This document shows, in pieces, positions 58,326 through 64,000 of a stretch of 64,000 nt of DNA. This DNA comes from an uncultured Chryseobacterium sp. Lineage in GTDB: Bacteria; Bacteroidota; Bacteroidia; Flavobacteriales_C; GCA-002722245. The position numbers and the translations under genes were made by a program. The notes under the pieces are model-generated. The model saw nothing but the letters and a program-made list of their open reading frames with translations, did no database searches and had not been told where the DNA came from. Numbering within the stretch: the stretch's first letter is position 1; each line of letters begins with the position of its first letter. Location: contig CAYORT010000001.1 of the NCBI GenBank assembly GCA_964406465.1, positions 157,144-221,143 on the forward strand, written 5' to 3'.

Positions 58326-60377
58326 GTGGAAGTAAAAAAAGATATTCTTAGGAGAGTATATCTTATGTTTTTTGTGATGACAGCCTTCGCGGTAGTAGTC
58401 ATCGCCCAAATAATCAACCTCCAATTTTTCCAAGCCAAAAAAATTCAAGAATCGGTAGTTGCTAAAACGGCGGGTTACAGAACTGTTGAAGCAAATCGAG
58501 GTGATATTTATTCATGCGATGGTAGTTTAATGGCAACTACTATGACTTACTACTTGGTAGGTATGGACTTAAGTTCACGCGCTTTAGACGACAAAGATTT
58601 TAATCAAAATATTGCTGCACTTTGCGACAGTTTAGAAGATTTATTGAAACTAAAAACTGCCAATGAATACCGTAGAGAATTAGAACAAGCGCGAAAAGAA
58701 AAAAAGAAATGGTATAAGTTGCACGATGGTTTAACCTTTTCTGAGTTTAGAAGATTAAAGCAGTTTCCGCTTTTCAATAAAGGCAAATATGAAAGTGGCT
58801 TGGTGTATTCTAGAATTGTTCGTAGAGAAAGACCTTACGAAATGCTAGCCTACCGTACCATTGGTAATGTTGGTGAAAAGGCAATTGGTATTGAGGGTGC
58901 TTACGACTATGAACTGGCTGGTCACGATGGTGAGCAATTTCAACGTAAGATTGGTGAGGGTATTTGGGTGCCTATCGACGATGCCAATTCTATAGAACCA
59001 GAAGATGGTGGTGATATTTACACTACTATAGATATGAATGTGCAAGACATTGCCGAAACAGAATTACTAAAGAGTATGCGTCAGTTCGAAGCCAATCACG
59101 GTTGTGTGGTGGTGATGGAAGTAGCAACAGGTAAGGTACGCGGTATCGCCAACTTAAAATTAGATTCAACTGGTCGTTATTGGGAAGATGTGAACTATGC
59201 TATTGGCGATGCTATTGAGCCGGGCTCGGTATTTAAATTGGCTTCGTACATGGTAGGTTTAGAAGAAGGAAAATTTACCAAAGACACCAAAGTAGAAACT
59301 GGAAGCGGGGTGTATAATGTATACAATTTAAAGGCGAGTGATTTAGATCACGGTCCGTACGGAAATATCACCGTTCAACGTGCTTTCGAACTTTCTTCAA
59401 ACGTAGCCATCGTGAAATTAACCGATGAAAATTACAGAAATAATCCGCAGGGATTTGTAGATAGATTATACAAATTCGGACTCACAGAAGAGTTAGGAAT
59501 TCGTATTGCCGGTGAGGGTAAACCTTTGATTAGATATCCAGGCGGACCAGGTTGGTCGGGAGTTGCGCTAGCATCCATGTGCTATGGTTACGGATTAAAA
59601 ATTACGCCTTTACAGTTGCTTAGTTTCTACAATGCCGTAGCCAATAACGGTAGAAAAATGAAACCACAATTCGTAGAGAAAATTGTGTCGAAAGATGGAA
59701 CAGTGAAAACTTTTCCTACCGAAGTTTTGATCAATTCTATTTGCTCAAAAGAAACCATTAAGCAAGCGCAAGCTATGTTAGAAGCCGTGGTTGAAAGTGG
59801 AACCGCAAGTAAATTGAAAAACGATAAGTATAAAATTGCAGGTAAAACAGGTACAGCAAAATTTGGTTATACCAAGAACAAAAATGAAAGAGGTCATTAC
59901 AACTCTTCCTTTATTGGTTATTTCCCTGCCGATCATCCTAAGTATTCTATTTGTGTGGTAATTACCGATCCGAATCGTGATAAAGGATATTACGCATCGC
60001 AAGTGGCAGCGCCCGTTTTCAAAGCTATATCTGATAGAATTTGGGCTACGATGATTGACACCGCAAAGCAATTGAAACCAAAAAAGTTGGAGATGGTGGG
60101 TGAAAAAATGAAGCCTATGATGATTGAAGATCAAAACATCTTATCAAAAAAATTACCAGTGAAAAGATTGCCTTCACAAAGGTTGGTGGCTGTACCACCA
60201 AAAGGTGTGAATGTGGTTCCCGATTTAACAGGAATGGGGTTGAAAGATGCAATATTTATTTTGGAGAATATGGGCTTATCGGTAAAAATTATCGGTAGAG
60301 GTGTTATTGCTAAACAGTCGATTGCACCTGGAACTCATATCACCAAAGGAACAGAAATTATTATTGAATTGATGTAA
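58326..60377 (+). CDS. ftsI: penicillin-binding protein 3-like transpeptidase (FtsI) with a C-terminal PASTA domain
   Basis: The SxxK (SVFK), SxN (SSN) and KTG (KTGTA) motifs are present, and a PASTA domain is at the C-terminus (VPDLTGMGLKDAIFILENMGL). Confidence 0.9.
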   Translation: MEVKKDILRRVYLMFFVMTAFAVVVIAQIINLQFFQAKKIQESVVAKTAGYRTVEANRGDIYSCDGSLMATTMTYYLVGMDLSSRALDDKDFNQNIAALCDSLEDLLKLKTANEYRRELEQARKEKKKWYKLHDGLTFSEFRRLKQFPLFNKGKYESGLVYSRIVRRERPYEMLAYRTIGNVGEKAIGIEGAYDYELAGHDGEQFQRKIGEGIWVPIDDANSIEPEDGGDIYTTIDMNVQDIAETELLKSMRQFEANHGCVVVMEVATGKVRGIANLKLDSTGRYWEDVNYAIGDAIEPGSVFKLASYMVGLEEGKFTKDTKVETGSGVYNVYNLKASDLDHGPYGNITVQRAFELSSNVAIVKLTDENYRNNPQGFVDRLYKFGLTEELGIRIAGEGKPLIRYPGGPGWSGVALASMCYGYGLKITPLQLLSFYNAVANNGRKMKPQFVEKIVSKDGTVKTFPTEVLINSICSKETIKQAQAMLEAVVESGTASKLKNDKYKIAGKTGTAKFGYTKNKNERGHYNSSFIGYFPADHPKYSICVVITDPNRDKGYYASQVAAPVFKAISDRIWATMIDTAKQLKPKKLEMVGEKMKPMMIEDQNILSKKLPVKRLPSQRLVAVPPKGVNVVPDLTGMGLKDAIFILENMGLSVKIIGRGVIAKQSIAPGTHITKGTEIIIELM

Positions 60378-61840
60378 TGAAATTATTATCCGACATACTT
60401 TACAAGGCAGGAATCGATGAAATAAAAGGTACCACTAAGTTGGCTATTACTTCTATTTGTTTTGATTCAAGAACAGTTGCTAAATCTTCTTTGTTTGTTG
60501 CTGTAAAAGGAACCAAAGTTGATGCGCATGATTTCATCGACAAGGCCATTGCCGATGGCGCAATTGCTATTGTTTGCGAAAGATTTCCTGTAGATATGAA
60601 TGATAAGATCACTTACATTCAAGTAAAAGATTCAAGCTTTGCGCTGGGAATAATTGCTTCAAACTTTTTCGATAATCCATCAGAGAAGTTAAAACTTGTT
60701 GGTATTACCGGTACCAATGGTAAAACAACAACAGCTACCTTGTTGTACACGCTTTTTAAAAGTACAGGAAAAAAGGTGGGATTGCTTTCTACTGTGAAAA
60801 ACCTCATCAATAATGAGGCTACTGTTTCAACACATACCACTGGAGACGCTATACAAATCAATGCTTTGCTAAGCGAGATGGTGAAGAAGGGATGCACGCA
60901 TTGTTTCATGGAAGTGAGCTCACATGCCATTCATCAAAACAGAATTGCAGGATTGCAATTCGATGGCGCGGTGTTTACCAACATTACACACGATCACTTA
61001 GATTATCACAAAGATTTTAATGAGTATATCAAAGCGAAGAAAATGTTTTTTGATAATCTTTCTTCTTCGGCTTTTGCATTGACCAATGGCGACGATCGAC
61101 ACGGTGATACCATGGTGCTTAACACCCGAGCGAAAATTTATACTTACGGTTTGAAATCGATGGCCGATTTTAAATGCAGAATTTTAGAAAATAGATTTTC
61201 TGGATTGTTGTTGAACATCGACAATAATGAAGTGTGGACAAGATTGGTTGGACAATTCAATGCCTACAATCTATTGGCTGTTTACGCTACTTCAATATTG
61301 TTGGGTGAAGACAAAACGGTAGTGTTAACTTCACTAAGTGCTCTATCTTCTGTAGAAGGAAGATTTCAATATGTGAAGTCGAAAAACGGAATTGTTGGAA
61401 TAGTTGATTATGCACATACTCCCGATGCACTAGAAAATGTTTTAGGAACCATCAACGGAATTAGAACAGGCAATGAAACGCTTATTACCATTGTAGGTTG
61501 TGGTGGCGATAGAGATGCCGCAAAGCGTCCTGTGATGGCTACCATCGCTTGTGAAAAAAGTGATAAAGTAATTCTTACATCTGATAATCCACGATCAGAA
61601 GATCCAGAAGAAATTATTGCGCAAATGAAAAAGGGCGTGGATGCGGTTAACTATAAAAAAACTTTAGCGATACTCGATAGAAAGGAAGCAATAAGAACCG
61701 CGGTGGCAATGGCAAATCCGGGTGATATCATTTTAGTTGCAGGCAAAGGACACGAGAAATATCAAGAGATAAAAGGAGTGAAACATCCATTTGATGATTT
61801 GGAAATATTAGATGAAAATTTAAAAACAATTGAGGGATAA
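60377..61840 (+). CDS. murE: UDP-N-acetylmuramoyl-L-alanyl-D-glutamate--2,6-diaminopimelate ligase
   Basis: The Mur ligase P-loop [11 protein letters not shown] is present, and the gene is in dcw order. Confidence 0.9.
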   Translation: MKLLSDILYKAGIDEIKGTTKLAITSICFDSRTVAKSSLFVAVKGTKVDAHDFIDKAIADGAIAIVCERFPVDMNDKITYIQVKDSSFALGIIASNFFDNPSEKLKLVGITGTNGKTTTATLLYTLFKSTGKKVGLLSTVKNLINNEATVSTHTTGDAIQINALLSEMVKKGCTHCFMEVSSHAIHQNRIAGLQFDGAVFTNITHDHLDYHKDFNEYIKAKKMFFDNLSSSAFALTNGDDRHGDTMVLNTRAKIYTYGLKSMADFKCRILENRFSGLLLNIDNNEVWTRLVGQFNAYNLLAVYATSILLGEDKTVVLTSLSALSSVEGRFQYVKSKNGIVGIVDYAHTPDALENVLGTINGIRTGNETLITIVGCGGDRDAAKRPVMATIACEKSDKVILTSDNPRSEDPEEIIAQMKKGVDAVNYKKTLAILDRKEAIRTAVAMANPGDIILVAGKGHEKYQEIKGVKHPFDDLEILDENLKTIEG

Positions 61841-63057
61841 TGTTATACTATTTATTCAAATACTTAGATGAGATGAATGTTCCGGGAGCCGGAGTGTTTC
61901 AATACATCACTTTTAGAACTTTATTGGCCTTGGTTTTATCTCTTATCATCTCGATGGTCTTGGGTAAACGCATCATTGAATTGTTGAGAAGAATGCAGGT
62001 TGGTGAGACTGTTCGTGATCTAGGTTTAGAAGGTCAGCTTAAGAAACAAGGTACTCCAACTATGGGTGGATTAATGATTTTAGCAGCTATAGTCATTCCA
62101 ACATTGTTGTTTGCACGTTTAGAAAATGTTTATGTAATTATCATGTTGATCACCACTATTGGTTTAGGTTTTCTGGGATTCATGGACGATTATATCAAGG
62201 TGTTTAAAAAGAATAAGGAGGGCTTGCAAGGTAAATTTAAAATTGTTGGTCAGGTAGGAATCGGCTTAATTGTAGGTGCAGTATTGTTCTTCAACGAGAA
62301 CGTTGTAGTAGCAGAGCCAGTGGGTGATACACGTGTTGAAATTAGCAAGAACGAAAAGCCTGAATTTAGAAATGAGAAGTCGATGACAACTACCATTCCT
62401 TTCATGAAGAACAATGAAATGGATTATGGAAAAGTGGTAGAGTATTTTGGTTTAGATCCATTGAAGTGGGCGTGGTTAATTTTCATTCCAGTGGTTATTT
62501 TAATTGTTACTGCAGTGTCGAATGGAGCCAACTTAACCGACGGAATTGATGGTTTGGCGGGAGGTTCATCGGCAATTATCGGTACAACTTTAGGGATTTT
62601 AGCTTACGTAAGTGGTAACTATTATTTTGCCGATTACTTAAATATCATGTACCTACCCAATATTGGTGAGCTGGTAATTTTTATGGGAGCTTTTGTTGGG
62701 GCGTGTATAGGATTTTTATGGTACAATGCTTATCCGGCCCAAGTGTTTATGGGCGATACAGGAAGTTTGTCGTTGGGTGGTATCATTGCAGTATTCGCCA
62801 TTGCAATTAGAAAAGAGTTGTTGATTCCTATCATATGCGGAATATTTTTAGTTGAAAATTTATCGGTGATAATGCAGGTAAGTTATTTTAAATACACAAA
62901 GAAAAAGTATGGTGAAGGAAGAAGAATATTTTTGATGTCACCATTGCATCATCACTATCAGAAGAAAGGAATTCACGAAGCGAAAATTGTAACACGTTTT
63001 TGGATTGTAGGAATCATCTTAGCGGTGTGTGCAATTGCCACTTTAAAATTGAGATAG
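61840..63057 (+). CDS. mraY: phospho-N-acetylmuramoyl-pentapeptide transferase
   Basis: Polytopic protein with MraY motifs ([29 protein letters not shown]). Confidence 0.9.
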   Translation: MLYYLFKYLDEMNVPGAGVFQYITFRTLLALVLSLIISMVLGKRIIELLRRMQVGETVRDLGLEGQLKKQGTPTMGGLMILAAIVIPTLLFARLENVYVIIMLITTIGLGFLGFMDDYIKVFKKNKEGLQGKFKIVGQVGIGLIVGAVLFFNENVVVAEPVGDTRVEISKNEKPEFRNEKSMTTTIPFMKNNEMDYGKVVEYFGLDPLKWAWLIFIPVVILIVTAVSNGANLTDGIDGLAGGSSAIIGTTLGILAYVSGNYYFADYLNIMYLPNIGELVIFMGAFVGACIGFLWYNAYPAQVFMGDTGSLSLGGIIAVFAIAIRKELLIPIICGIFLVENLSVIMQVSYFKYTKKKYGEGRRIFLMSPLHHHYQKKGIHEAKIVTRFWIVGIILAVCAIATLKLR

Positions 63058-63064
63058 AAGAAAA

Positions 63065-64000
63065 ATGTCGAACAAAATGTTAGTCATATTGGGTGCGGGC
63101 GAAAGCGGTGTAGGTGCTGCCATTCTTGGTAAGCAGAAGGGCTACGATGTTTTTGTTTCAGATGGCGGAGTGATTGGCGACGACTACAAAAAAACTTTAG
63201 AAGAGTACGAAATAAAGTTTGAGTCGGCTCAACACAAAGAAGTTTTCAACTATCAACCCACCCTAATTGTTAAGAGTCCTGGAATTTCAGAAAAAACCGA
63301 ACTTGTTCAACATTTTTTGAAGAAAAATATTCCGGTGATTTCAGAAATTGAGTTGGCGGGAATGTACAAAAATGAGAATGCAAAGATGATTTGTATCACC
63401 GGAAGTAATGGAAAAACTACTACTACTTTGCTTACTTATCACTTGCTAAAAAATGCCGGATATGATGTTGGATTAGGTGGAAATATTGGAATGAGTTTAG
63501 CGCGAATGGTAGCCGAGAATCCGCACGAGTACTATGTTGTAGAGTTAAGCAGTTTTCAGTTAGATGGGATGTATTCTTTCAAAGCCGACGTTGCGATTTT
63601 ATTAAATATTACTCCCGATCATCTCGATCGCTACGATTACAAATTTGAAAATTATGTAGCATCGAAATTTAGAATTTTACAAAATCAGGATTCTAAAAAT
63701 TCATTCGTTATTAACAAAGATGATCAAGTAATAAACAGTTTTTACACGGGAAAAGATTTCGGCGGAAAAAAATATTTTATCAGTAACATTGGCGATGCAA
63801 ATTCGGTGTCGAATGAGCATGAATTAATTTTTAATGTTGACGATAAAAAGATGACGATTTCCACGAGTGTTCTTACTATTTCTGGTTTACACAATAGATA
63901 CAACGCTTTGGCGGCAGGTACTGCAGCAATTTTGATGGGCTTAAAGCAGCAAGAAATTGAAAGCGGATTTAGCACTTTTAAAAACGCCGAACATCGTTTA
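63065..64000 (+). CDS. murD: UDP-N-acetylmuramoylalanine--D-glutamate ligase, partial; continues past the window end
   Basis: The ATG at 63065 gives MSNKMLVILGAGESGVGAA..., and the P-loop ITGSNGKTTTT follows. The gene is absent from the ORF track because no stop falls within the window. Confidence 0.85.
   Translation, partial: MSNKMLVILGAGESGVGAAILGKQKGYDVFVSDGGVIGDDYKKTLEEYEIKFESAQHKEVFNYQPTLIVKSPGISEKTELVQHFLKKNIPVISEIELAGMYKNENAKMICITGSNGKTTTTLLTYHLLKNAGYDVGLGGNIGMSLARMVAENPHEYYVVELSSFQLDGMYSFKADVAILLNITPDHLDRYDYKFENYVASKFRILQNQDSKNSFVINKDDQVINSFYTGKDFGGKKYFISNIGDANSVSNEHELIFNVDDKKMTISTSVLTISGLHNRYNALAAGTAAILMGLKQQEIESGFSTFKNAEHRL

Noticed and set aside
1-64000. mobile elements, integrases, transposases, restriction-modification, toxin-antitoxin or other defence islands
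   Set aside because: No ORF carries DDE, tyrosine- or serine-recombinase, HNH, PD-(D/E)xK or ATPase/helicase defence signatures. Composition is homogeneous apart from short GC-rich hairpins.

Overview
This is a roughly 64 kb chromosomal segment from an AT-rich Bacteroidota genome. Its gene content (T9SS type A and type B C-terminal sorting domains, a SprB-repeat adhesin, a GldE-like CNNM protein, an FtsL-like gene, a PASTA-bearing FtsI) fits a Flavobacteriia/Cytophagia-like organism. Most of the window is housekeeping on both strands: DAHP synthase (partial), rsmI, mscS, a C-N hydrolase, recJ, dnaG, rlmN, a polyprenyl synthase, comF, a ppiD-like chaperone, hemD with its DUF4271 neighbour, an acyl-CoA dehydrogenase, an S41 peptidase, a MATE transporter, a GH2/MFS/ROK sugar cluster, rsmB-like, yaaA, arfB, pheT, engB, and the start of the dcw cell-wall cluster (mraZ-rsmH-ftsL-ftsI-murE-mraY-murD, murD partial). 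Accessory content is four T9SS cargo proteins plus a convergent coiled-coil protein and large outer-membrane beta-barrel pair. The cargo comprises two type A proteins that share a pre-CTD module (one of them frameshifted), a GH18 chitinase-like type A protein, and a 1.2k-aa SprB-repeat adhesin with a type B CTD. I found no rRNA, tRNA, CRISPR array, transposase or integrase. I could not identify a coherent, clearly novel multi-gene system. The most unusual things visible are: (i) a DnaG whose four zinc-ribbon ligands are all substituted; (ii) two genes interrupted by single-nucleotide frameshifts; (iii) GC-rich multi-hairpin intergenic elements, one with two mutually exclusive 14-15 bp pairings; (iv) a HemL-like class III aminotransferase homolog that appears to lack the PLP lysine; (v) an SprB-type adhesin with no adjacent PorP/SprF partner. 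All functional calls rest on motif and family recognition by eye; no database searches were run.
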